DNA of 64,000 bases from contig JAJRPV010000014.1 in NCBI GenBank assembly GCA_024280575.1, positions 49,593 through 113,592 on the forward strand, read 5' to 3'. Below the pieces are notes generated by a model. The model did not search any database, had not been told where the DNA came from, and saw only the letters and a program-made list of their open reading frames with translations. Made by a program: the position numbers and the translations under genes. The number at the start of each line of letters is the position of its first letter. Position 1 is the stretch's first letter. This DNA is from Campylobacterales bacterium. Its GTDB lineage: Bacteria; Campylobacterota; Campylobacteria; Campylobacterales; Sulfurospirillaceae. Positions 19,416 through 29,182 of the stretch are shown one piece after another.

Positions 19416-21059
19416 ATGAAACTAATCACATATGATATAAACAAAAAATATGAAAAAGCAGTAGCGTATTTTTCTATGGAATTTGCCATAGATCAGGCAC
19501 TCAAGATTTACTCAGGCGGACTTGGTTTTTTAGCCGGCTCTCACATGAGAAGCGTTTATGACCTTAAGCAAAATGTTGTGGGTATCGGACTTCTTTGGAG
19601 TTTTGGATATTATGATCAGACCAGAAACGAAGACAGAACTCTAAGACCTACTTTTACCAGAAAATTTTACTACTTTTTGGAAGAACTTGATATTGATGTC
19701 AGGGTAAGAGTTCACAATCAGGATGTAAAGATAAAAGCATTTTTGGTCAAACCTGAAGTTTTTGGCTCGGCTCCTATCATATTGCTCTCAACTGATATAG
19801 ATGAAAATGACTATTTAGCCAGAACTATAACACATAAATTATACGACGGAAACGAGAGAACAAGAGTTGCTCAAGAGATAGTTTTGGGAATTGGCGGAAC
19901 AAAAGTGCTCGAAGCATTAAATCACAAAGTTGATATTTATCATATGAATGAAGGTCATGCTCTTCCTCTGGTTTATCAACTCTATTCAAAATTTAAAGAT
20001 ATGGATGAGATTAGAAAAAGAGTAGTTTTTACCACTCACACACCAGAAGCTGCGGGAAATGAGATACACAATATACATTTTCTGCAAGAGATGGGATTTT
20101 TCAATGGCTTGGATATGCAAACCATAAGAGAGATAAGCGGCTATCAAAATGATGATAACTTCAGTCTGACGGTTGGGGCTTTAAGAAGTGCAAAGATAGC
20201 AAATGCAGTATCAAAAATACATGAAAAAGTTTCAAACGAAATGTGGTCAGGTGTAGAAGGAAGATGTGAGATAATATCTATAACCAATGCACAAAACAAG
20301 AAATACTGGACAGACAAAACTCTGATAAGAAATCTTGACGAACATGAAGATTATGAACTTGTTGCGAGAAAAAAACATCTCAAAAAATTACTTTTTGATA
20401 TCGTGGCAGATCAAACCGGAAAGATGTTTGACCCAGAAATTCTAACAATAGTCTGGGCGAGAAGATTCGCAGAATACAAAAGACCGGGTTTGCTGGCATA
20501 TGATTTGGAAAGATTTGAAAATCTTATGAAAAGAGTTAAGATTCCTGTTCAAATCATATGGGCAGGCAAGCCGTATCCAGGTGATTTTGGAGCTATTGAT
20601 CTGTTTAATGAACTCATAGATATGTCTCATCACTACCAAAATATGGCAGTTCTAATAGGATATGAACTCACTCTTTCAAAATTCCTCAAACAAGGTAGTG
20701 ATATTTGGCTTAACACACCAAGAATCACAAGAGAAGCCAGTGGAACCAGTGGGATGACTGCCAGCATGAATGGCTCTATTCACTTCTCGGTCGATGACGG
20801 TTGGCATCCTGAGTTTGCAAGAGACGGCAAAAATGCTTTTACGATTCCAGAACTAGACCACAAAATGTCAATAGAAGAGCAAGACAGACTAGACAATAAA
20901 AACATGATGGATATACTAGAAGATAAAATCATCCCAACATATTATAATAACCATAAAAAATGGGTAGAAATCATGAAAAACGCGATGACAGAAATAGATA
21001 TAGATTTCGACTCAGGAAGAATGGCAGAACAATACTATAAAAAGATGTTTAATCACTAA
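19416..21059 (+). CDS. glgP: Alpha-glucan (glycogen) phosphorylase, short type
   Basis: YFSMEF, YSGGLG.LAG, HMNEGH, WARRFAEYKR, EASGTSGM. Confidence 0.95.
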   Translation: MKLITYDINKKYEKAVAYFSMEFAIDQALKIYSGGLGFLAGSHMRSVYDLKQNVVGIGLLWSFGYYDQTRNEDRTLRPTFTRKFYYFLEELDIDVRVRVHNQDVKIKAFLVKPEVFGSAPIILLSTDIDENDYLARTITHKLYDGNERTRVAQEIVLGIGGTKVLEALNHKVDIYHMNEGHALPLVYQLYSKFKDMDEIRKRVVFTTHTPEAAGNEIHNIHFLQEMGFFNGLDMQTIREISGYQNDDNFSLTVGALRSAKIANAVSKIHEKVSNEMWSGVEGRCEIISITNAQNKKYWTDKTLIRNLDEHEDYELVARKKHLKKLLFDIVADQTGKMFDPEILTIVWARRFAEYKRPGLLAYDLERFENLMKRVKIPVQIIWAGKPYPGDFGAIDLFNELIDMSHHYQNMAVLIGYELTLSKFLKQGSDIWLNTPRITREASGTSGMTASMNGSIHFSVDDGWHPEFARDGKNAFTIPELDHKMSIEEQDRLDNKNMMDILEDKIIPTYYNNHKKWVEIMKNAMTEIDIDFDSGRMAEQYYKKMFNH

Positions 21060-21067
21060 AACAAAGG

Positions 21068-21095
21068 GGGAGTTTTTTGTAAAATAAGAACTCCC
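21068..21095 (+). terminator. Hairpin after glgP (terminator or 3' stabiliser)
   Basis: GGGAGTTTTT/AAGAACTCCC 10-bp stem with one G-U pair; no good U tract. Confidence 0.4.
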
Positions 21096-21148
21096 GAATA
21101 TAAATTAAATTTAGAAGCAGAAATTTAACCAAAAGGAACGAAAATAAA

Positions 21149-22414
21149 GTGAATCATATATGTATAGTTGGTCTTGGATATGTCGGATTGCCTTTAGCAC
21201 ATGCTTTTAGCGAAAAATACAAAGTAGTCGGTTTTGATATAAACAAATCAAGAATAGATGAGCTAAACAGCGGAATTGATAAAACACTTGAACTCTCAAG
21301 CAAGCAATTAAAGGAATCCATCAAAAACGGTATAAAATTCACTACAAATATAGAGGAAATAAAAGATTGCGATATCTATATAGTCACAGTTCCAACTCCT
21401 ATAGACAGTAGCAATGAGCCTGATTTGACTCCTATCATAAAATCAACTCAAACCATAGGAAAAGTCCTTAAAGACGGGGATATTGTCATCTATGAATCGA
21501 CTGTTTATCCAGGCGTTACCGAAGATACATGTGTTCCAATACTGGAAAAAGAGAGTGATTTAAAATTTAATGAAACATTTTTTTGCGGATACTCTCCAGA
21601 GAGGATAAACCCTGGAGACAAAGAACATACTGTCACAAAAATACTAAAAATCACATCAGGCTCAACACCACAAATAGCAAAAAAGATAGATGAACTGTAC
21701 AAATCGATCATAACAGCCGGCACACATCTTGCACCGAGCATCAAAGTAGCAGAAGCGGCAAAAGTCATAGAAAACACACAAAGAGATGTAAATATAGCGT
21801 TGATGAATGAATTGGCTATGATTTTTGATACTATGGATATAGACACAAATGCTGTACTTGAAGCAGCAGGAACCAAATGGAACTTTATAAAACTGACTCC
21901 AGGCTTGGTCGGTGGTCACTGCATAGGAGTAGATCCTTACTATCTGACATTTAAGGCTCAATCCCTGGGCTACACTCCAAATCTAATCCTTGGAGCAAGA
22001 CAGGTAAATAACAACATAAGCAAATTCATAGCAGGTAAAACCATAAAATATATGGTAAAAGAAAACAAAAAACTAAATAACGCAAATATACTGATTTTAG
22101 GAATCACATTTAAAGAAAACTGTCCCGATCTTAGAAATACAAAAGTTATAGATATCATAAATGAACTCAAAGAATACGAATGTAACATAGAAGTATATGA
22201 CTATTGGATCAGCGAAAATGATAAAAAGTCAATCGATGTAACTTTTATAGACAAACTTCCATACAACAGCAACAAATACGAATCAATCATAGTTGCCGTA
22301 GGGCACGATAAATTTAAGCAAATAACCACCGAGCAGTTTAAAAAATTATCAAACGGAAAACCAATAATCATAGATGTAAAAGGCATAGTGGAAAAGGCCA
22401 CCTGGAGATTATAG
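21149..22414 (+). CDS. UDP-N-acetylhexosamine 6-dehydrogenase (WbpO/TviB-like)
   Basis: GLGYVG, YSPERINPG, GGHCIGVDPYYL, FKENCPDLRN. Confidence 0.9.
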   Translation: MNHICIVGLGYVGLPLAHAFSEKYKVVGFDINKSRIDELNSGIDKTLELSSKQLKESIKNGIKFTTNIEEIKDCDIYIVTVPTPIDSSNEPDLTPIIKSTQTIGKVLKDGDIVIYESTVYPGVTEDTCVPILEKESDLKFNETFFCGYSPERINPGDKEHTVTKILKITSGSTPQIAKKIDELYKSIITAGTHLAPSIKVAEAAKVIENTQRDVNIALMNELAMIFDTMDIDTNAVLEAAGTKWNFIKLTPGLVGGHCIGVDPYYLTFKAQSLGYTPNLILGARQVNNNISKFIAGKTIKYMVKENKKLNNANILILGITFKENCPDLRNTKVIDIINELKEYECNIEVYDYWISENDKKSIDVTFIDKLPYNSNKYESIIVAVGHDKFKQITTEQFKKLSNGKPIIIDVKGIVEKATWRL

Positions 22415-22745
22415 GTTAGAGTTTCTAGTAAATTTTCTAAGTAAGAAAAAATATGTCAATTTTATCTTTCTTGTAGCAGAAAAATATATACAATATTTTT
22501 TTGAAATTAAAAATATTGCACTCAATCCAAAACCAATCAAATCAAAAACAACATCAAATAAATCAAACTCTCTTGTAGTAAATAATCCCTGTGTTATCTC
22601 TATAAATAATCCAAATAAAACTACAAAATAAAAAACATTTAAAATTTTAATTTTTTTAATGAAATCCAGATATAATGACAATACAAAAAACGACACTACA
22701 TGTAAGAGATTTGTATTTACGCTGTCTATTGCTTGGGGTAAAATA
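22409..22745 (-). pseudogene. VanZ-family membrane protein, 5'-truncated
   Basis: The frame upstream of the called ORF reads LPQAIDSVNTNLLHVVSFFVL...LFIEITQGLFTTREFDLFDVVFD (VanZ-like), but lacks the first TM helix and a start codon. Confidence 0.6.
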
Positions 22746-23018
22746 ATTCATAGTTACAATAGGAATATCATTTTCCATAATTTTACTAATTGTTTTGGTT
22801 GCATATTCAACATCACCACTGCATTCTACTATGATGTCTGAATTGTCTATTAACTCCTGCAGAGAATTCGTCAAAAAATCTTTATATGGAAATTTATCTC
22901 TTTCTTGAATTTTTGCTCTTGTTAAAATATTTGAAATAGCATATTCTTTTTTTGAATTTATCAAATCAAGCAATCCTTTAGCTATAAAACCACTCCCGAT
23001 AACACCTATTTTTTTCAT
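22746..23018 (-). pseudogene. N-terminal Rossmann fragment of a homoserine-dehydrogenase-like (SAF-domain family) oxidoreductase, 3'-truncated
   Basis: GVIGSGFIAKG...DIIVECSGD...IPIVTMN, then an abrupt change to sequence belonging to the VanZ gene. Confidence 0.6.
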
Positions 23019-23031
23019 CTAAAAACCTTTT

Positions 23032-24410
23032 TTATATTCTCTTAAAATCGTCACTGATTCGCACTATATCATCTTCTCCTGTATATTCTCCGACTTGTGC
23101 TTCTATTAGTATTACCGGTATTTTTCCTTCATTTGAAAGTCTGTGAAGTTCTCCCATTTTTATATAAGTTGATTCATTTGGTCTTACAAGTTCGGTTTTG
23201 TCTCCAACTGTTACAGTAGCAGTTCCGCTCACCACTATCCAGTGCTCATTTCTGTGGTAATGTTTTTGCAAACTCAAACGCTTTCCCGGTTTCACTTCTA
23301 TCCGCTTTATCTTATAGCCCGGCGTATCTTGAAGTACAGTATATGTTCCCCAAGGCCTGTATCCTGTTAGGTGGATATTGTGAAGTTCTGTATCTTTTTT
23401 GACTTGCTTGACTATCTCTTTGACTTTTTGAGAACTTCCTTTTTTAGAGATAAGTATAACATCACCGGTATCAACGATGATAGTATCTTCTATATCAACT
23501 GTCGCGATATATCTTTGCTTCGAATATATGAGATTGTTTTTACTGTCTATGTTGTAATATTTATCATTTTTCGTATTTCCGTCTTCATCTTTTGGCAACT
23601 CTTCATAAAGAGCGTCAAAACTTCCCACATCTGACCAATTTATATCCGAAGGCACCACTTTTACTTTTGAAGATTTTTCCATTACCGCATAATCAATACT
23701 GTCTTCAGGTATATTTACCATATCTTCATGCAAAACTCTTAAAGTAGCCATATCTGTGTCATATTTTGCTCTCTCAACAGCCTTAAGAGAATTTTCACAA
23801 ATCTCAGGAGAGTACTTTTTAAGTTCCTCTAAAAATACTTTTGCTTTAAACATAAACATACCGCTGTTCCAATAATAATTACCCTCTTTCAGATATCTAC
23901 TTGCAGTTTGAAAATCCGGTTTTCATGAAAAGCCTTTACACCGTAACCATCTGCTTCTATGTATCCAAATCCTGTTTCTGCAAAAGTGGGTGTTATACCA
24001 AAAGTTACAAGATTGTCTTTTTCTGCCAATTCCTTGGCTACATGTAGAGCTTTTTTGTATGCCACTTCATCTTTTATAAGATGATCAGATGGTGTTACGA
24101 GTATCAATTCATCAGGATCCAAAACCATACATGCAAGCGCTATGGCAGGAGCCGTATTTCTTCCTATGGGTTCTAGTAGATACTTATTATTCTCTTTTCC
24201 TAACTCTTCTAGTTGGTCGAGGGCTAAAAAGTATTGCTCTATATTTGAAACTATAAATTGTGAATTACATATTTTAGAATTTCTTTCTACTGTTAATTGA
24301 AATAGTGATTTATCATCAAATAGTTTTGAAAACTGTTTTGGCATAAGTGTACGGCTTATCGGCCACAGTCTTGTTCCGTTTCCTCCACACAATATTATAT
24401 TTGTCATCAT
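23032..24410 (-). pseudogene. manC: Mannose-1-phosphate guanylyltransferase/mannose-6-phosphate isomerase, frameshifted at T4 run 23920-23923
   Basis: LCGGNGTRLWPISR, EPIGRNTAPA; one extra A restores FHEKPD...YYWNSGMF; C-terminal cupin RPWG...LSLQKHYHRNEHW. Confidence 0.9.
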
Positions 24411-24859
24411 ACTCTCCCTAGAAAATAATTTTTTGTATATTTATGCACTTTGCCTGAATTTAATACTCCCTCCAAGCCAAACCATTTGTATGCTTCGTGT
24501 TGGTCATTTAATCTTAAATCGTCATTTGTCATAAATTCGTGAGCCAAAACTATATAATGGGTCCCAAAGTCATCGTTAAAAACATTGTTTTCATAAAAAT
24601 GCTCATATATCCCATAAAATTTAGACTCTTCTCTTTTTATATCTAAGCTCAACTCTTCTTTGCTTATACGGTTAAATGCCTCATCCAAAGTTTCGTCTTT
24701 AAAAACTCTTCCTCCAGGAACAAACCAGCAGCCTTTTGCGGGCTCGTTTACTCTTTTACCCAACAATATCTCTTTTTTAAAATTTTTCACTATTAAATCT
24801 ATGGAAATTAGTGGCGCATTTTTTATAACTGAAGAGAAATCATCTATATTTAAAAGCAT
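24407..24859 (-). CDS. gmm: GDP-mannose mannosyl hydrolase (Nudix)
   Basis: PLISIDLIV, PAKGCWFVPGGRV.KDETL..AF.RI, THYIVL; ATG at 24859 overlaps the fcl stop. Confidence 0.9.
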   Translation of the reverse strand: MLLNIDDFSSVIKNAPLISIDLIVKNFKKEILLGKRVNEPAKGCWFVPGGRVFKDETLDEAFNRISKEELSLDIKREESKFYGIYEHFYENNVFNDDFGTHYIVLAHEFMTNDDLRLNDQHEAYKWFGLEGVLNSGKVHKYTKNYFLGRV

Positions 24860-25821
24860 TATCGGTTTTTCAAATACCACTCATACACAACTCTAATACC
24901 ATCTTCTAATTCCATTTTATGTTTCCACCCCAAAGAGTGAAGTTTAGTCGGATCAGTCAGTTTTACCATAGTACCATCGGGTTTAGAATCATCGAAATAC
25001 AATTTACCGTTATATCCGACTATTTTTTTGATAGTCTCAGCCAACTCTTTTATAGATATATCTACGCCTGTTCCTATGTTTATATGTGTATTTCTTATCT
25101 CTTTGTTGTCTTTGGTGTAAGTATCTTTAAAATCTCTATTTTCCAGCAAAAAAACACAAGCATCAGCCATATCTTCACTAAATAAAAATTCTCGTCTTGG
25201 CTTTCCGCTTCCCCAAATCTCCACTATTGGTTCATCATTTATTTTTGCCTCATGCATCTTTCTGAGAAGTGCAGGCAATACATGTGATGTTTTAAGGTCA
25301 AAGTTATCATTTGGTCCATATAGATTCGTAGGCATCACCGATATAAAATTTGTACCGTATTGGAGATTGTAACTCTCGCACATTTTTATGCCCGCTATTT
25401 TCGCTATGGCATAAGGTTCATTTGTGTATTCGAGTGTATCAGTGAGCAAACAATCCTCCGGCATAGGTTGCGGAGCATTTTTGGGATATATACATGTAGA
25501 GCCTAAAAACAGAAGTTTATCTACGCCGTTTAGATAGCTTTGATGAATGATATTGTTTTGAATTTGAAGATTTTCATATATAAAATCTGCCCTGTAAGTA
25601 TTGTTAGCAACTATGCCCCCGACTTTTGCCGCGGCAAGGACTACATACTTAGGTTTTTCTGATTCAAAAAAGTCCTTGACTGCGTCTTGATTTAACAAAT
25701 CCAGTTCTTTGTGAGTTTTTGTCACAAGATTTGTATAACCTTTGGCTTTTAAATTTTTAACGATAGCAGAACCAACTAGTCCTCTGTGTCCTGCTACATA
25801 TATTTTTGAATTTTTTTTCAA
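24859..25821 (-). CDS. fcl: GDP-L-fucose synthase
   Basis: [41 protein letters not shown]. Confidence 0.96.
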   Translation of the reverse strand: MKKNSKIYVAGHRGLVGSAIVKNLKAKGYTNLVTKTHKELDLLNQDAVKDFFESEKPKYVVLAAAKVGGIVANNTYRADFIYENLQIQNNIIHQSYLNGVDKLLFLGSTCIYPKNAPQPMPEDCLLTDTLEYTNEPYAIAKIAGIKMCESYNLQYGTNFISVMPTNLYGPNDNFDLKTSHVLPALLRKMHEAKINDEPIVEIWGSGKPRREFLFSEDMADACVFLLENRDFKDTYTKDNKEIRNTHINIGTGVDISIKELAETIKKIVGYNGKLYFDDSKPDGTMVKLTDPTKLHSLGWKHKMELEDGIRVVYEWYLKNR

Positions 25822-25830
25822 GATTAAATC

Positions 25831-26949
25831 CTACTCAAAATAGTTCATGATAGTATAGCCACCATCTTTCAGATAAGTATCTTTTGTCATCAGTTTTAAA
25901 TCTGATGCCATCATGTCATTTACTAATTCTGCCAGCTTATACTCTCTTTTCCAACCTAGTTTTTTCTCAGCCTTAGAAGGGTCGCCCAAAAGCAAATCAA
26001 CTTCAGTCGGACGAAAATACTTAGGATCTACTGCCACTACTTCGCTTCCAATTCCGAGTTGGTATTTTGGATTGTTACAAGCGACTACATAACCTTTTTC
26101 ATCAAGACCTTCACCTTTAAATTCTAACTCTATGCCTGCACTTAAAAATGCCATTCTTACGAAATCACGAACAGCAGTTGTCTCACCTGTTGCTATGACC
26201 CAGTCTTCAGGCTTATCTGCTTGAAGAATCAACCACATCATACGAACATAATCTTTAGCATGTCCCCAGTCTCTTTTTGCATCAAGATTACCCAGGTAGA
26301 GTTTATCCTGAAGTCCGAGTGCTATCTTAGATGCGGCTCTGGTGATCTTTCTTGTCACAAAAGTTTCACCTCTTACCGGTGATTCGTGGTTGAAAAGTAT
26401 CCCGTTGCAAGCAAACATACCATAAGCGTCTCTATAGTTAACTGTTATCCAGTACGCATACATCTTAGCAACTGCATAAGGACTTCTTGGATAAAAAGGA
26501 GTAGTCTCTTTTTGCGGAGTTTCCTGCACTTTTCCAAAAAGCTCACTTGTACTAGCTTGGTAAATTCTAGTTTTATTTGCCAAACCCAGTAGCTTAACAG
26601 CTTCCAAAATTCTGAGTGTACCTGTACCATCAGCATTTGCCACATACTCGGGTGTTTCAAAAGATACAGCCACATGACTCATGGCAGCAAGATTATATAT
26701 CTCATCAGGCTGAACTTCCTGTATGATTCTTGTCAAGTTCATACTGTCTGTCATCTCACCAAAATGTAAGATAAAATTCCTGTTTTCCACATGTGGATCT
26801 TGATAAAGGTGGTCTATCCTGTCTGTATTAAAAAGTGATGATCTCCTTTTGATACCGTGTACTATATAACCTTTTTTCAACAAAAACTCTGCCAAATAAG
26901 ATCCATCCTGCCCTGTAATGCCGGTAATTAACGCAACTTTTTTACTCAT
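25831..26949 (-). CDS. gmd: GDP-mannose 4,6-dehydratase
   Basis: [36 protein letters not shown]. Confidence 0.98.
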   Translation of the reverse strand: MSKKVALITGITGQDGSYLAEFLLKKGYIVHGIKRRSSLFNTDRIDHLYQDPHVENRNFILHFGEMTDSMNLTRIIQEVQPDEIYNLAAMSHVAVSFETPEYVANADGTGTLRILEAVKLLGLANKTRIYQASTSELFGKVQETPQKETTPFYPRSPYAVAKMYAYWITVNYRDAYGMFACNGILFNHESPVRGETFVTRKITRAASKIALGLQDKLYLGNLDAKRDWGHAKDYVRMMWLILQADKPEDWVIATGETTAVRDFVRMAFLSAGIELEFKGEGLDEKGYVVACNNPKYQLGIGSEVVAVDPKYFRPTEVDLLLGDPSKAEKKLGWKREYKLAELVNDMMASDLKLMTKDTYLKDGGYTIMNYFE

Positions 26950-26972
26950 TTTTTTCCTTTTTATAATTTTAA

Positions 26973-28143
26973 TTATTTATCTTTTCCAAACAAATCTCTT
27001 GTGTACACTTTTGATTTTACATCTTCGATATCGGAAGAGAGTCTGTTTGCAACTACTACATCTGATATTTTTTTAAATTCTTCCAAATCTTTTATCACTC
27101 TAGAATGAAAAAACTCTTTTTCACCGTAAACCGGTTCATATATCACCACTTCTATCCCTTTGGCTTTGATTCTTTTCATAATGCCTTGAATCGCACTTGC
27201 TCTAAAATTGTCACTTCCACTTTTCATAACAAGCCTGTATATACCGACGATTTTTGGATTTTTTCTTATAATACTATCGGCAATAAAATCTTTTCTTGTA
27301 GAGTTAGAATCAACAATAGCGCCGATTATATTGTTAGGTACATTTTTATAGTTTGCTCTGAGTTGCTTTGTATCTTTAGGCAAACAGTACCCTCCATACC
27401 CAAATGATGGATTATTATAATGGCTTCCTATGCGTGGATCCAAACCTACACCCTTGATTATGTCCCTTGTACTCAAACTATAATGTTGCGCATAAGAGTC
27501 AAGTTCATTGAAAAATGATATTCTCAACGCAAGGTAAGTATTTGCTAAAAAGTTTTATGGCTTCAGCTTCTGTTGAGTTGGTAAGTAAAATATCTATATC
27601 TTCTTTTATAGCACCCTCAGCCAAAAGATTTGCAAATTTCTGAGCCCTATTACTTTTTTCACCGATTATAATTCTGCTAGGATAAAGATTATCATAAAGG
27701 GCGCTGCCTTCTCTTAAAAATTCCGGTGAAAAAATAATATTTTTAGTATTAAATTTTTCATTTAAGGATTTTGTATATCCAACTGGGACGGTAGATTTTA
27801 TCACTATAGTTGCATTTGGATTTATTTTTAATACATCTTTTATGACCAATTCAACCAGTTTCGTATTAAAAAAATTCGTCTCAGGATCATAATCAGTCGG
27901 AGTGGAAACAATAATATAATCTGCATCTTTGTATGCTTCATTTTTATCCAAAGTAGCTCTAAAATTTAAATTTTTGTTTTTTAAATATTCACTTATTTCA
28001 CTATCTTCTATCGGAGAAATTTTATTATTAATCATCTCAACTTTTTCAGGAACAATATCCAAAGCAACAACTTCATTGTGCTGAGATAGCAAGATCCCAT
28101 TTGATAAACCAACATATCCCGTACCAGCTATTGCAATTTTCAT
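26973..28143 (-). pseudogene. ugd: UDP-glucose 6-dehydrogenase with +1 frameshift near 27541-27546
   Basis: [15 protein letters not shown]; removing one A restores EAIKLF(S/A)[13 protein letters not shown]; [10 protein letters not shown]. Confidence 0.9.
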
Positions 28144-28343
28144 TTGTATATCCTTAAAAAAATTTGAAACTATATTTTACCTTAATATAAATTATTATTT
28201 TATTAACTAACCTTGAACCACATAATTAAGTCCAAAAGCAATCATGATGCCTTGAAATTTTTACAAAAAGACCTGCTAATCCATGGCAAATCAACTAAAA
28301 TTAAGGATACAATTGACAAAAATAATATTCAAAAAAGGGGTGA

Positions 28344-29159
28344 ATGATGAAATCTAAGTTTGTGATTTTTTTCAGTTTTATAATCGTGATAATATTTTCG
28401 GGGTGTAGCGTACAAAATGATACCTTGTTCCAAAATGATTCAAATGCTGTTGCGGCTAAAGCAAATACTGTAGTCTCAAATCAAGAATACCAAAAAGAAG
28501 TTTCCTATGAGTATAAGATTCAGCCAAATGACAGACTCTCTATCTTTATATATGTTCAATCCGGAGCAGGCTCTCAGCAAATGAACTCAATCCTGACAAG
28601 TAAAAATACAAATACAAATACTCTTAATCAAGAAAATGTTGGCCTATTGGTTACACAAGACGGAACAGTCAGATTACCACTTATTGGCTCGACAAAAATT
28701 ACAGGTTACACCCAAGACGGTGCATCAAAAATGCTAATCACAAAATATAAAAAATATATAAGAAATCCATATATAACTGTAGAAATCTTAAATCAAAGAG
28801 TCATAGTTGTCGGAGAAGTGCAAAAGCCCGGAATAGTACCTGTAGTAAATGGCACGATGAATCTGCTCGAAGCACTATCTAGAAGTGGTGGTTTAAAAGA
28901 TTTGGCCGATAGAAGTGAGATAAAAATAGTAAGGGGAAATTTAAGACATCCTGACATTCGTACGGTAGATTTAACAAAGGTGAAGAACCTGACTTACAGT
29001 AGCTTGCTATTACGACCAAATGATATAGTATATGCACAACCTAGAAGAATGAAAGGCATAAACAAAGCTTTCAATGAAGCAGCTCCTTTTTGGAATTTGG
29101 CTTCAAGCATCTTAGCTCCATTTGTACAAATCAAAGATTTGCATCACTGGGACCGATAA
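28344..29159 (+). CDS. wza: Polysaccharide export lipoprotein (Wza/OPX family)
   Basis: Lipobox IFSGC, YKIQPND, DGTVRLPLIG, V.VVGEV..PG, SLBB region. Confidence 0.85.
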   Translation: MMKSKFVIFFSFIIVIIFSGCSVQNDTLFQNDSNAVAAKANTVVSNQEYQKEVSYEYKIQPNDRLSIFIYVQSGAGSQQMNSILTSKNTNTNTLNQENVGLLVTQDGTVRLPLIGSTKITGYTQDGASKMLITKYKKYIRNPYITVEILNQRVIVVGEVQKPGIVPVVNGTMNLLEALSRSGGLKDLADRSEIKIVRGNLRHPDIRTVDLTKVKNLTYSSLLLRPNDIVYAQPRRMKGINKAFNEAAPFWNLASSILAPFVQIKDLHHWDR

Positions 29160-29182
29160 AAATTATATATTTAGGATAAAAT

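Noticed and set aside
28143-28344. JUMPstart/ops element in the ugd-wza divergent promoter
   Set aside because: No GGCGGTAG-like motif seen.
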